A DNA stretch of 64,000 nt. Source: the human T2T-CHM13v2.0 reference genome, Homo sapiens. The stretch lies in assembly GCF_009914755.1 (NCBI RefSeq), contig NC_060926.1; one strand, written 5' to 3'. A program made the position numbers and the translations under genes. Below the pieces are notes generated by a model. The model was not told the DNA's origin and did no database searches. It saw only the letters and a program-made list of their open reading frames with translations. This document shows positions 1-13,751 of the stretch, one piece after another (the stretch's first letter is position 1; every line of letters starts with the position of its first letter).

Positions 1-1404
1 TTCAAATGCTCCCTACTCATGTATATATAAATGCTGCTTGGCACAGGTTTCCAGACTTAAAATGTTGAAGAATAAAATAAAAAAAAAAGTTTGGGAAAAT
101 TCACTTAGCTGCTGGGGAATGGAAGAGTCTCCCATAAGGGGAAAGAAGATTGCTCAAAGGATGTTTTGCCCTTTAATAATTTAACGTGGCTTCCTATCAG
201 CACTAGACTGAGTCTGTCACAGTGACTAGCATATACAATGTTACTTTTACTTGTATAACATTATAAGCTAATTGGTGTGTTCCAGTGTTTTCTTTAACAA
301 GTGTTTCTCTGCTCATATATGTTTGCCAGCTCCTCTGATAAAGACCTAATTTGTTCCAGGAGTTGATGTACCATTCATGGTTTTACCAAATTAATTGTTG
401 GTTTGGAATCATACCACGGATTTACTTTGTTGTTTTCAAAGGCGAAAATATTCAAAACTGTGAATCGTCATTTATTTACCATTTTAAATTAGTCATTTTA
501 TTAAGAATTAATATTTTGTCTTAGCTTGCATGCAAATAAGACACATTTTATGTGGACACATTTTTTTTCTGAGTGTGATAAGGCTGTTAACTTGGATGCA
601 GACATGTTTTGGTACATTTATATTGACTAAAATAATGACTCTATTTTGTATTTTAAAGCCCTTTGAGATTCTGAACTTCCTTCTTCTCACAAATAAAGGT
701 CATAGAAAAGATACTTTACATAAGTTATATGGATATATAACCTCATAGCCTAATAAAACTCTCTTAAATCTACACAAATGGGTTGTTACATATTGACTAT
801 CCATTTCTAATTAGAGAGCTGTTTCATGGCTCAGCTCAATGTGTCCATTAGATTACCAAACATCTCCAGAGCAGGAATGTTTAATAAATTATCTCTTAAG
901 CATTATTAAAATAAGTCATACATATTTAGTAAGAACTCTTTTATAATAGTGTGATATATATTCACTGATTCTTACAACCTAATTGAAATATTAGTTAACT
1001 CTTTAAAAAAAGAAGAGCTTGTTTGACATAATAAAATGTAAGCCAGAGAATAATAAACTGTTTTTTTGCTCCACGTCAACCCATATTTAAAATCCCTGTT
1101 TAATATTGTGGTAAGTGTAACTCCACCTCTTATGAAGAAGGTCCTGGAAGAGTTGTTAATCTATACCCAAAATAAAGTGAGAATTATTTTCATATAGACT
1201 TAGTTTTTTCTGTTTGTATGTCAACAGAAAACACTAATTTTTTTTTTAGCTTGGGTTGGACATTTTCAGAGTGTATTAACCTATGGCCTGTGACATATTA
1301 GGTATTTTTTTGACAAAGGTAGGATAAGCAGTAGTGGTTGTCACCAACTTTATTATCCTCCACTTGATAATTCCTGCTTTTCAGGGCTGGCAGGGAAATC
1401 TTCC

Positions 1405-1495
1405 CTGCTCATCACAGTTCTGTCTGGAAAATGGAAGTAGCATCTTAACCTAGCTCAGAAAAGTTGAAGATCAAATGAGGTATTTGTACCTTGAA
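1405..1495 (+). mobile_element. MIR SINE fragment
   Basis: ctgtctggaaaatggaagtagcatcttaacctagctcag...gatcaaatgagg resembles the MIR core/3' part (ctgtaaaatggg...acctacctca...attaaatgag). Confidence 0.4.
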
Positions 1496-2334
1496 TATAA
1501 TTATTATGAAATTCAAAATGTATTTTCTCCCTCCTCTTATCCCTCCTATACCAAGTACAGTGCCATTTAACTCAGTAAGTCGAGCAGAATTTACTCCATC
1601 TCACAGACCTGACTTCACAGTCTTCATGTTTACTTCCAAGGCAACAAGTTTATGCTGGGAGAGCTTTTGAAAATGTAATGATAGATTTATTTTCACACAG
1701 GTAGAAAAAATGTTCCACTTGGCTTGATATAATAGGATATGTTTTGAAGCATTTCTACCCATTATATTATATTTCAAAGTATATTTTGTATATTTGACCT
1801 ATTAATAAAATGCAGATGTTTTTCAACACTCAGTCTTTTACATATTTACATAATTTTTCAGAGTGTAAGGAGAAATGTACTGACCAGAATTTTCTTTCAC
1901 ATTTAACCAAGGCTTGGAAATAAAAATAAAAAATCCTGTTGAATTTCTAGCAGTTATATTTTTTTTTACCACTACTGTGAGAACTGATAGAGATAGAGGG
2001 GAAAATGGGAGAACTAGGGTATTTGGTGCAAAAGGTGCCATGCTAACCTCATTAGAATGTTTTCTTTTTCCTTGGGAGGAGATGGTAAGGAATGCTTTTT
2101 GCACGCCTAAGATATGAAAATGGCATGTAGAAAAAGAATAATGAAAACTACATTGGGGTGTGCATTCAACTCACAAAAACCTTTACTATAGGATTTTTGC
2201 ATAGCACAATGTTGCTTGGCCTGTAGTAGGCAATTGAAAATGAATTTTTGTGTAAATATCAGTCTTGCTAATTTTACTTAAGTATGACTTAAAATATTTT
2301 GCCATCACACCTGCTATCTAAAGAAGAGTGGTAT

Positions 2335-2765
2335 CTACCCCTTCTAAAAATTTTCCACACATAACCCACTCAGCATCAGCCATGCTGTCACATGTCATTG
2401 CTGCAAGTCTTGTCACTCTCCAACTGAGGGCTTTCCCTCAGCCCCCATGCAGGGCAGGTTGGACACGTCCAGAGGTTAGGTCTTGGCTAATAACATATTG
2501 AAATTGGAAGTAAATATCCAGCTCCCTTGTCCCCAAGATGAGATAAGTCTGAGGCATGTTTTATGTTGTCTGCCAGCATTCCCTAGCTAGGCAGTTGCCC
2601 AAAGTAACAAACTACTCAGCAACACACACTTGATTGGCTTCCACTCTTCTTTATCTTTCTTCTGCATTTCTTATGGGTGCTTCCTGAGATCAGCTCCCAA
2701 ATAAACTACTTGCACTCGAGTCCTTGTCACAGGGTCTGATTTTGAGAGAGTTCAATCTAAGATAC
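2335..2765 (+). mobile_element. Solo ERVL-class LTR (LTR33/LTR16-like)
   Basis: Ends with ctcccaaataaactacttgcactcgagtccttgtcacagggtctg...ctaagataca, typical of these LTR 3' ends (AATAAA then ...ACA). Confidence 0.6.
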
Positions 2766-3663
2766 ACACCTTCCACAAAATTTTGAAGGCACTAACAAAG
2801 GGAATATCATAGCACAGATACTGAAAGGATAAACTGGTTTTGTTTTGTTTGTGTGTGTGTTTAACAATTTCGAGTTTCTGTCAATCTTTTGAGACTTGGC
2901 AATGTAATGATTCCATTTTCCTAAGCCGTTAAGGATTGAGCGGGGTGGATATCCTAGGTTGAGAGGTGTAAACAATAAAGAGAACAGCTCTAATTATTTC
3001 ACAGTGAAGCACTATAGGCATTTAGATGGCTACATAAATAATGTGTTTATGTCGGAGGACAGACTGGAACATGTGGGCTATTTCAGCATTGATTGAAACA
3101 TAAATGAACATTGCAGACAATGTTACAGGATCCAGATAATCAGCTCAGCCACTGGCATGGCATTTGAGTAGACAAAGGAGTGGACAAATCAGGCTTTGAA
3201 GGGAATCATGTGCAAATGGGGCTCAGCGAGCCTCTTGTGGGCTCCAAGTATGGAGAAGGAAAAGCCAGGCTCTTCAGCTCTGCCAACACAGCCCAGTCAC
3301 ATTGTTCCTGGAGGTAATTTCCGAAAACACTTAAAAACATGTGAGCTTCCTGAGCACCCATACCAAGGCGGTCTGGTGAGCTTCTTACAGCCATCATAAA
3401 GAAGCCTAGTCACTTATCTGATTTCCAAAAGACACTTCTATATTCTCCTTGAGTAAGGTGTTTACAGTTTTGTGTGGGTATATATTCCATATTTACATCC
3501 AGCATATATTCTTCCTTACAAAATCAAAAGTCAGATAATTAAGAATAACTTTCATCACAGTAGTTGTAAGTAAAGGAATCATTGCATCATATGATTTTTA
3601 TACAAAAGGTCGCTGCTTCTTGTGCATGAAGGGAATGATAGTTTCTTTCCTGACACATTGCAG

Positions 3664-3725
3664 AATTTAATCTTGAGACTATTTCATGTAAATGTGGGAA
3701 AACTTATTTTCAGAATTTCTGGAAG
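3664..3725 (+). other. Candidate 62-nt spliced exon
   Basis: Acceptor gtttctttcctgacacattgcag| and near-consensus donor AAG|GTGAGT; frame 0 is open. Confidence 0.35.
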
Positions 3726-3924
3726 GTGAGTTTTCACATTGCAAATAGATAAATTCCAACATGAGGGCCTAAATTTCATCATTAGAAGCTAAATATAACC
3801 TGATACAAGTTCTGTGAGTATACCCAAGATCATTTGCTTAGTTATACCCAATACCAAAATAATTATCCCATGTGACTGATTTTTGCACTTTCAATATTCT
3901 GATCCTTACATTAACAAAATAAAG

Positions 3925-4220
3925 GGCCGGACGCGGTGGCTCACGCCTGTAATCCCAGTGCTTTGGGAGGCCGAGGCGGGTGGATCATGAGGTCAGGAGT
4001 TTCAAGACCAGCCTTGCCAAGGTGAGGAAACCCCGTCTCTACTAAAAATACAAAAATTAGCCAGGTGTGGTGGCGGGCGCCTGTAATCCCAGCTACTCGG
4101 AGGCTGAGGCAGAGAATTGCTTGAACCTAGGAGATGGAGGTTGCGGTGAGCCGAGATCACACCACTCCAGCCTGGCCAACAGAGCAAAACTCTGTCTCAA
4201 AACAAACAAACAAACAAACA
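3925..4220 (+). mobile_element. Alu (AluS, Sg-like)
   Basis: ggccggacgcggtggctcacgcctgtaatccc...; dimeric; (AAAC)n tail; degenerate TSD caaaataaa. Confidence 0.97.
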
Positions 4221-4551
4221 ATTAAGCAAAATAAAATACTACTGAAGCCCAAATAATAGCAAATGTTTACTGAAGTTCCATTCCCTAAACAAGTCTAGAT
4301 GTAAATAGGATTTCTTCCTATTTTTATGAGTGTGTCCCATTATTACCTTCTCTGAAACTTTCTGCAGTCAGGCTCTTATCTTATTTAGAAATTTGTTTTT
4401 TAGGAGGGAAGGAAAAAAAAATCCAACTTAAGTTTCTGCACTTATTTTCTATATAAGGTTATAAAGTTATTCTTTAAAAACGAGTTCATTAAGATTTCAT
4501 AATTATTTAAGCTTAACATTTGTTAATCTTAATTATCCTTTTTGGGTTCAG

Positions 4552-5131
4552 GAATGCAAGCCAACTGCACTCGTTGGCTAAGGAGAGGAAAGAAATTTCT
4601 TCTTTAACATCCTGGATTCCCTGAGGTGCCTGGGCTTTTGGCCAGCCTCCCTGGGAGAAATGTTCAGCTGCTGTGGCCTATAGACTCCTGCTATACAGAA
4701 GCCCAGAAATGTCTCTCTCACAGGCTGAAAATCAGCCACAGAAAGCCAGCTGTGTACAGGATAGTAGGATCCCAGCAACCCAGAGGATCAAGCCTATCAG
4801 AGCCTGCAGGGGCCCATTCCCTGAGGAGAACACCTTTCTTGTTACCTTTGCTCTCAGAGGAGCTCCAGCCACTTCTATTTATGTTGTGAAGGAAGCTTAC
4901 TTCCAGTGGAGCCTCAGCCAGGTCAGATGGGCTTTAGAGAACTTCAGCATTAGACACCATTGTCTTGCTCTGAGATGGTTTTTAGGACTCTTTGTGGGGA
5001 ATGGTAATGGCCAGGGCACACTGGAGGTTGACCTCCTTTTGCTTATGATGGCTGTTTGGAGCACATTAACAGCAAAGCCAACATTAATCTCCATGTCCTT
5101 GACATCGTTTCTACAATAGGCAGATCTGCAT
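4552..5131 (+). other. Candidate exon (GC-richer unique block bounded by splice signals)
   Basis: Acceptor cctttttgggttcag| at 4551 and donor cat|GTAAGT at 5132; composition shifts relative to AT-rich flanks. Confidence 0.3.
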
Positions 5132-5659
5132 GTAAGTATCTCTAAACATATAAGGGAGCTTTTCTAAATGTTCCCTGCTTTCCTCACTCTAGTTTACATG
5201 TTGCAATTTTCTTCTCTGATAGCTGAAATTCCTTTCTAGGAAGCCTACATCGGGTATTATCCTTTACTAGTCTGAAGATAATAATCATGCACAAATGCAG
5301 CAAAAGCTTGAAATGGTTTTCAGTTATCAAATACCTATGCAAACACAGAAAGAATAATAAAATTTCTATAAGCAATGGCCACTGTAATAAGAGAGAAAAT
5401 AGAACAGTGTAAAGAAACACCCATAAGTCACTTACTGGATTTTCTAAGAGTTATCTGATGGGAATGATACTATTGGCTTAATTTTTGACATGAAAAACAA
5501 GCAAAAAAGCAAAACACATTATCCATAGTTGTAACTCAAAAGAAGAAACATTTTATTATTTAAAAGAGGGGCAGAAAAAGATATATATAATGTTTGTAAT
5601 TCCTTAGACATAGATACTTAATTATATACAAAAACATCCTATTAATGATTTAAAATGAT

Positions 5660-5900
5660 GACTAATCCCTCTAAGTGTTTACTGCATGCCAAGGTCCTGT
5701 TCTAAGCCTTTTGTTATGATTACCGCCATTGGATCCTCCAGTAAGCTAGTGAATTAGTTCAATATTCAGGCGAGAACACAGGCTCAGTAGTTAAGTGACT
5801 TGGTTATTACTTACATACCTTAAGTGACTTAGTTATTACTTACATACCTCAGGTTTCTTATGCTAGAAGTGATAAAGCCATGATTTGGACCCAGATCAGT
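5660..5900 (-). mobile_element. MIR SINE with internal tandem duplication
   Basis: gtgtttactgcatgccaagg...acaggctcagtagttaagtgactt...atttggacccagatc matches the MIR reverse strand. Confidence 0.6.
5791..5848. repeat. 29-bp tandem duplication (2 copies, 28/29 identical)
   Basis: ttaagtgactt(g/a)gttattacttacatacc x2. Confidence 0.95.
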
Positions 5901-6068
5901 GAGAATCTTGTGTTGGCATGATCAGTCACTGCCTTACATTGCTTGACTTCTTTTTGAAATAAAATAAAACCTGCCTTTAACAGTTAAGTCGAAGAATACT
6001 GATATTATGAATTTATTAAGTGTTTCTCCCTTTATGCAATTCAACATCCTGAGCTCCTGAGCTATCTC

Positions 6069-6366
<298 letters not shown>

Positions 6367-7319
6367 CTGAACTATCATCTAAGACTCTGCCTCTGGTGGT
6401 CTAAATCTAGGCTTCTAGATTCATTGTAGAGCTGGACATTGCCATGTTTCTGTTAAAGAATAAAAGCCACTATTACCTCTTTGCTCTTTCTCTTTTCACA
6501 GTGCCCTCACCCCAGTTCATAGAAGCATAAAAACATTTTTAAGGCACTTGAAGTCATGTTTCCTGTATAGATTACAAACTGATTATCATTTGGCTATATT
6601 TTAAGAAAACAACATGTTTTTAAAAAATGAATTGGAAACATTTAACTGGATAAATGGAAATTAAGCAATTCAGGAGTAGTCATTGCCACTATGTAATGGC
6701 TGTTTAAGAAAAATAGTTTACCTAATGTCTACTTTTTAAGTTAAAAGGAAAATTTCTAAGTTTAAACCTATTAATCACCGTGAAAACAGCATCCCTCCCC
6801 TCAAATATCCTAAACATGAAAAAAAAAATAAAGTCACATCTTTTTAAGGAATTCTGGTAATTGAGGCAGAAAGGAAATCATTCAGAAGACTTTAAAAGAA
6901 AATGAACTTTGTTTGAAAAGTTAGTATGGGTTAGAAATGGGAAGAAAATCTAAAATGTAAGAGTAAAAGCAAGGCCTTCATGGCATTCTCTTTTAATATG
7001 GGCTTTTCTGTGTTAGTTAACATCTGATAATATGACCCCCCAATCTATTAATATTTATTATACTCATAAAATTACAGAAAAAACCTAAGAAAGGGTATGT
7101 ATTGAAGTGGAATGAATAAATGCAAAAAATGTAGTACTTATAACATTTTGAAGAAAATCTTTAAAAATTTTTGTTTACACAGAAAATAATCTTAGAAAAC
7201 AGTTCCAGCATATATAAAATTATTGGTTTAGTATGCCAACTGTTAGACTGATTGTTTTAAACCAGGAAGCTAAATATTTGCTATATATAAAATGTCTGTT
7301 TTTTCCATTGTACCACCTA

Positions 7320-7750
7320 CTTAAACAGCTTTGAATTCCACCTCCTCACCATTCTCAGCTTATAACATCTCCTGTCAATGCACAGAGAAAATCAAAACCA
7401 GAGAACAGAGGATCTCCCTGAATATCCAAGCACCACATCTAATGAGACACCTGCATTCCCAGCAATCCATTGATTCTTTAACCAGGTCAAAGTGGAGAAA
7501 ACATCTCTCTACTTGTGCTGTCAAGATTTTTCTTTCATTATTTTCTCAGGAATCTTACCTCCTTCTCTATTCATGCTTCCCCACGTGCATTTAAAAGATT
7601 TACTTTCTGTCTTAATAACAAAACCAAAAGTGACTCAGTACCCCATATCCCATTTTAACTGCCACCCTTTCAGCTCCTATTCCACTTATAAACTTCCCAA
7701 TATGGTAATCTAAACTGGGTCTGTTTTCCCAACTCCCATTCACTCCTCAG
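7320..7750 (+). mobile_element. L2 LINE fragment
   Basis: cacagagaaaatcaaaaccagag...ctccctg and downstream pyrimidine-rich sequence resemble internal L2. Confidence 0.55.
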
Positions 7751-9479
7751 ACAATTTGTAAGCTTTTTAATAAAGAGAATACCAATATTGAGCAAGTAAT
7801 TATAGGAATATTTCATTTGAGGAATGAACTATCTCTTACAAAGTAGAATCTAATTTTTCAATGTTAAAATTTTGATTGACTCCAAAAATCCAGGCAGTGA
7901 CATAGTTGATTCTAATGAGGTACTAAAGGTGAGACCTTCTCCTCTTGTGTATTACCCATGTGAAATAAAGGCGCACTTCCTCAAAGAAATTTAGGATCTG
8001 GTTATTTTGAACATATAAACAAATTAATTTTTTGGTTAAAATGTATTCCTAATTTCTATGAAAAAATATTTCGAAAATACTGTTCTTCAACATGTTGTTA
8101 AAGGGATTATTCTGATAAAATTGTCCCATAATTTCCAATTAGAACATTCCTAAAAATATATTTAATAGTTGAGTTTCTGAAAAAAAAAATAGACCAGTAT
8201 CAAAAATGGGATTCATCTCTCTGAACGAAAAAATGATAAAATTTATAATTATTTTATAATTATTGAACATTTTTGAAGTATAGTTTGTAACATTTTAAAA
8301 AATTAAAACTGGATTCAACATTAAATTTAGAAAAATTCATGTATAAAATAATAGTTTTTCTGATCGACTTCTGAACACATGAATGTGCTACATTTTTGCT
8401 GTAATAGACTAAATAATTGCACAGTTTATTTGAACGACATTTAGTAAAATTAAAACGAGTGATTTGGATATTGAAAAGTATTTGGTAGCGATTTTGCAAG
8501 GGAATGAATAAGAGATTCTGATCCTTACTTTGGTGGATTCTTATCAATTTCCTTGAAGAATTTGTCAAAAGAAGTGTGAACTCTAAGTTTTCTTCTCTTG
8601 GTAAAGGAGCCTGTAATAATCATGTAACTACAACTCTAGAACTGTGAAGACCTCTCTGAATCTGAATTACTGGTGAGCTTTTTAGTCTTGATTTTAAACT
8701 TATAATTTAAAATGCTTGTTTGTTTCATTCATCACTAAATGGGGGCTTTCAGACAAAAATCTTCAATGGTAGAAATCTGGCAGTTCTTTTTGATATTTGG
8801 ACTGTGTTATTTTTCCTCATAATTGAAAACAGAGCCAGTCAGCTTAGAATTTATCACTTTTGGCATGACTAACCATTTCTATTTTGTCTCAATTTCATTA
8901 TGTCTAAAACAATGCCTCTATTTTCCATTTTCTGGCCTTTTTAAAAAATAAAGGCAAAGCACAATAAAACATTATTATGATTGCTCAAACATTCGTTGCT
9001 ACATAGACAAAAATGTACTTTATATGAGAGCATAGCCGTGCAAATCAGGCAGGCAGGTAGTCTCACTGTTTAATAGCAGCTGATAATGTAAATGTCATAA
9101 TTTAGCGAAGAAAATAACATTTAAAAGTGTGAGTATATACGATGTGGCATGCATATTGGATATACGAAAAATTCATTTTAGGTGATATCCTAAACGCATG
9201 TCTGTGTCTGTATTATAAAATCCTTAGTTGAGGTCTGTGTATTCTTATTTCTACATATAGGACTATATTTAAAGATCACCTTGAGTAGGCTGGTATTCAG
9301 AAAATATTTAATGCATTATTAAATAAATGAATGATTATCTTTTTGAAATACCTGCTTGTTAGGAAACTCAATAATGGAGCAAGATAGGCAGCAATATTAA
9401 ACTTAGAAAATACAGAGGGGATACTAAGAATGAGTATGTATAGTCAGAAGTTGAAAGAGTGATAGAGCTTTTTTAGGAG

Positions 9480-9720
9480 AGAATGTGATGCAGCAGAAAA
9501 AGTACATTTTGCAGTTCTGTACACCTGTGATCAGATTCTGCTTATGACATTTCAAGCACTGAGAATGTCAGTATATTACTTATATTCTGTTTCCCATTCA
9601 TAAAACTGAGCCTCAGCTTTTTCATTACTAAAATAAGAATAATTATATTTATCCTATTGAATTTTGTGTGTAAAACACTTCTTAACTCAGTACTTCATGC
9701 TTGGTAGACATTCAGAAATT
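9480..9720 (+). mobile_element. MIR SINE
   Basis: ctgagcctcagctttttcattactaaaataagaataat MIR core, with MIR-like 3' end. Confidence 0.55.
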
Positions 9721-11119
9721 CTTATTTTTTTTTCTTAACTCGAGGAGTTGTACTTGTCCACTCCCTATGACATCTGTGACCTATTACTCCAAAGTTATGC
9801 TTTTTGAGTCCAGATTTTGACATTGGCTCAGTTGCCCAATCCCATTTTGAAATTTGATCAATGTTGCCTTGCTGGTGGGAGCTTCATGGAAGCAATCCAG
9901 GCCACAGTCGTCTTGATGGTGGCTTGGTGCTGTGGGCTCACATGTGACTGTGATTGATGAATGGTGCTTGAGCAGGTGCAAGATTTGGCTACATTATTCT
10001 GGTTGGAAATGCACTAGCACTCTGCTTCAGAGTGAACACTAATATTGATTCAAAATGCAATTCAAGCTATCAGCATAGGTTCTGAAATTCCTATAGGGTA
10101 TGGGCCAAAATTACCATACATACAGTTCTTTTTTCTTTTTTATTAGCTTAATAGTTGAAATTTATAATAATATTTATTTAAAATTTTCCAGGTATATAGG
10201 TAGAAAATCTGTATCTTTGAAATTCTCTACTTGTTTTGATTGTCTTAGTTCATGACATTAGTTCATAGTGCAAGGCACATTACTTTATAATAGATGGTAG
10301 AGTGTCAGGCTGATAATCATGAGTAATCAATTATTTATAGATTGTCCACATGGCAACAAAAAATGTGCTTAACATTGCTGCCTGATGCTGGCTTCTATTT
10401 GTTATTGTTTAGAAATTTTCTGTGGTAGGTTTTAATTTACTCATACTTGAGGCTTTTTAATGTTAAATTTTTGATATATTAGATTTGAACATATTTATGG
10501 GATACATGTGAAATTTTGTTACGTACATAGATGTGTAATGATGAAGCCAGAGTACTTAGGGTCTCTGTCACCTCTTTATCATTTCTATGTGTCGGGTACA
10601 TTTCATAGCTTTTCTGGCTATTTTGAAAAATGTAGTATATCGTGTTAACTGTAGTCCCCCGACTCTGCTATCAAACATTAGAACTTACATCTTCCGTCTT
10701 ACTATATATTTGCATCCATTAACCAACCTCTCTTCATCAGTCCCTCTGCCTCACTACCCATCCATCCTTCTCAGCCTCTGGTATCTCTCATTCCACTCTC
10801 CACCTCTACGTGGTCTACTTCTGTAGCTCCCACATATGAGTGATAACATGTGATATTTGCATTCCTCTACCTGGCTTCTTTCACTTAACATAATAATCTC
10901 TAGTTCCATACATGTTGCTGCAAATGACACGATTTCATTCTTTTGTATGGTCAAATGATATCCACATTTTAAAAAGTCCCATTTATCCATTGATAGGCAT
11001 TAAGGTTGATTCTATATCATTGAGATTGTGAATAGTGCTACAATAAACATGGGAATACATATATCTCTTTGATATATTGATTTCTTTTTTTTTGTTTTTT
11101 GGATAAATATCCAGAGTTG

Positions 11120-11519
11120 TGTTTTAGTTTGTTCTTGCATTGCTATGGAGAAATATCTGAGACTAGGTAATTTATAAGGAAAAGAGGTTTGATTGGCTCA
11201 CAGGTCTGTAGGCTGGTCAGGAAGCATGGCTGGGGAGGCCTCAGGGAGCTTTTACTTGTGGAAGAAAGCAAAGCTGGAGGAGGCCTTTTCACATGGCTTG
11301 AGCGGGAAGAAGAGAGAGAGAAGGGAGGTGCTACGTACTTTTAAACCACCAAATTTCACAATAACTTACTCTCACCACACCACCACCAAGGGGGATGATG
11401 ATAAACCATGAGAAACTGCCCCCCATGATCCAGTCACCTCCCACCAGGCCCCACCTCCAACATCGGGGCTTACAATTCCACATGAGATTTGGGTGAAAAC
11501 ACAGATCCAAGCCATATCA
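11120..11519 (-). mobile_element. MSTA-type MaLR solo LTR inserted in L1
   Basis: TG...CA termini (tgttttagtttgttcttgcattgc ... gatccaagccatatca), 400 bp, 5-bp TSD agttg/agtgg. Confidence 0.9.
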
Positions 11520-11585
11520 AGTGGGATTGCTGGATTGTATGGTAGTTCTGTTTTTAGTTTTTTGAGAAATCTCCACCCTGTTTTC

Positions 11586-11898
<313 letters not shown>

Positions 11899-12551
11899 TT
11901 CCCTGTTTTCTATAGTGGCTGCACTAAATGTCTAAAAGTTCCTTTTTCTATACATGCTCACCAATATCTGTTTTTTTTTTTCTGTCTTTTTAGTAATCAC
12001 CATTCTTACTGGAGTATGATGATATCTCGTTGTGGTTTTAATTTGCATTTACCTGATGATTAGTGATGTTGAGTTTTTTTTTTTTTCAGTATACTTGCTG
12101 GCCATTCATATGTCTTCTTTTGAGAATTGTGTATTTATGTCTTTTGCCCACTTCTTAATTGGATTGTTTGTTTTTTCACTGTTGAGTTGTTTGAGGTCCC
12201 TGTATATTCTGCATATTAGCCCCCTGTTAGATGAGTGGTTTGTAAACATTTTCTCCCATTAAAAAGGTTTTCTCTTTACTCTGTTGATTGTTTGGCTGTA
12301 CAGCAGCTTTTTAATTTAATGAAGTCCCATTTGTCTATTTTTATTTTTGTTGCCTGTCATTTTGAGATCTTAAAGATAAAATCCTTACCTAGACCAATGT
12401 CCTGAAGAGGTTTTTCTATGGTTTTGTCTGGTAGATTTATAGTCTTGAGACTTATGTTTCAGTCTTTAATCCAAATTGAGTTGATTTCTGTATATGGTAA
12501 GAGATAGAGGTCCAGTTTCATTCTTCTGTATATGGTTATCCAGTTTCCTAG

Positions 12552-12872
<321 letters not shown>

Positions 12873-13484
12873 GCAGTACCATTTATTGAAGAGGGTGTCC
12901 TTTCCCCAATGTATGTTCTTGACAGGTTTGTTGAAGATCGGTTTGCTATAAATATGTAGATTTATTTCTGGGTTCTCTATGCTGTTCCATTGATCTATAT
13001 GTTTAATTTTATACCAATTCCATGCTGTTTTGTTTACTATACCTTGTAATATATTTTGGAGTCAGGTAGTGTGATGCTATTCTTTTTGCTCAAGACTGCT
13101 TTGGGCATTCTGGCTCTATTTTGGGTTTCATACAAATTTTATTTAGGCTTGTTTTTTCTCTTTCTGTGGAAAAATGACATTGGTATTTTGATAGAGATTG
13201 CATTGACTCTATAGACTACTTTGGGCAGTATGGTTATTTTAACAATGTGAATTCTTCTGATCCATGAATATAGGATGTCTTTCCATTTGTGTCCTCTTCA
13301 GTTTCTTTCGTCAATGTTTTATAGTTTTCCTTAGAGAGATCTTTATTCCTCGGTGTTTTTAAAACTATTGTAAATGGTATTGCCTTCTTGATTTCTGTTT
13401 TGGCTATTTCATTATAGGTGTATAGATATGCTACTGATTTTTGTATGTTGATTTTCTGTCCTGGAACTTAACTGAATTTGTTTA

Positions 13485-13751
13485 TCAACTCTTAGAGATT
13501 TTTAGTGGAGTCTTTGTTTTTTTAAAATATAAGATCATGTCATCTGCAAAGAAGGACAGTTTGACTTCCTGTTCTCCCATGTGGATGCTTTTTGTTTCTT
13601 TCTCTTGCTGGATTGCTGTGGATAGGACTTCCAGTACTATGTTGAATAGGAGTGGTGAAAGTGGGCATCCTTGTCTTGTTACAGTTCTTACAGGAAAGGC
13701 TTTCAAATTTTCCCCATTCAGAATGTTGTTAGCTGTGGGTTTGTCATACAT
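13485..13751 (-). pseudogene. L1 ORF2 reverse-transcriptase remnant
   Basis: Translation [19 protein letters not shown]...[18 protein letters not shown]...FADDMILY carries L1 RT motifs; the frame is broken on both sides. Confidence 0.95.

Noticed and set aside
2950-3400. Possible old LTR and 63-67 aa ORFs
   Set aside because: Similarity too vague to assign; ORFs unrecognisable
4673-5119. 148-aa plus-strand ORF
   Set aside because: Non-ATG start, no recognisable domain; the region is reported only as an exon candidate
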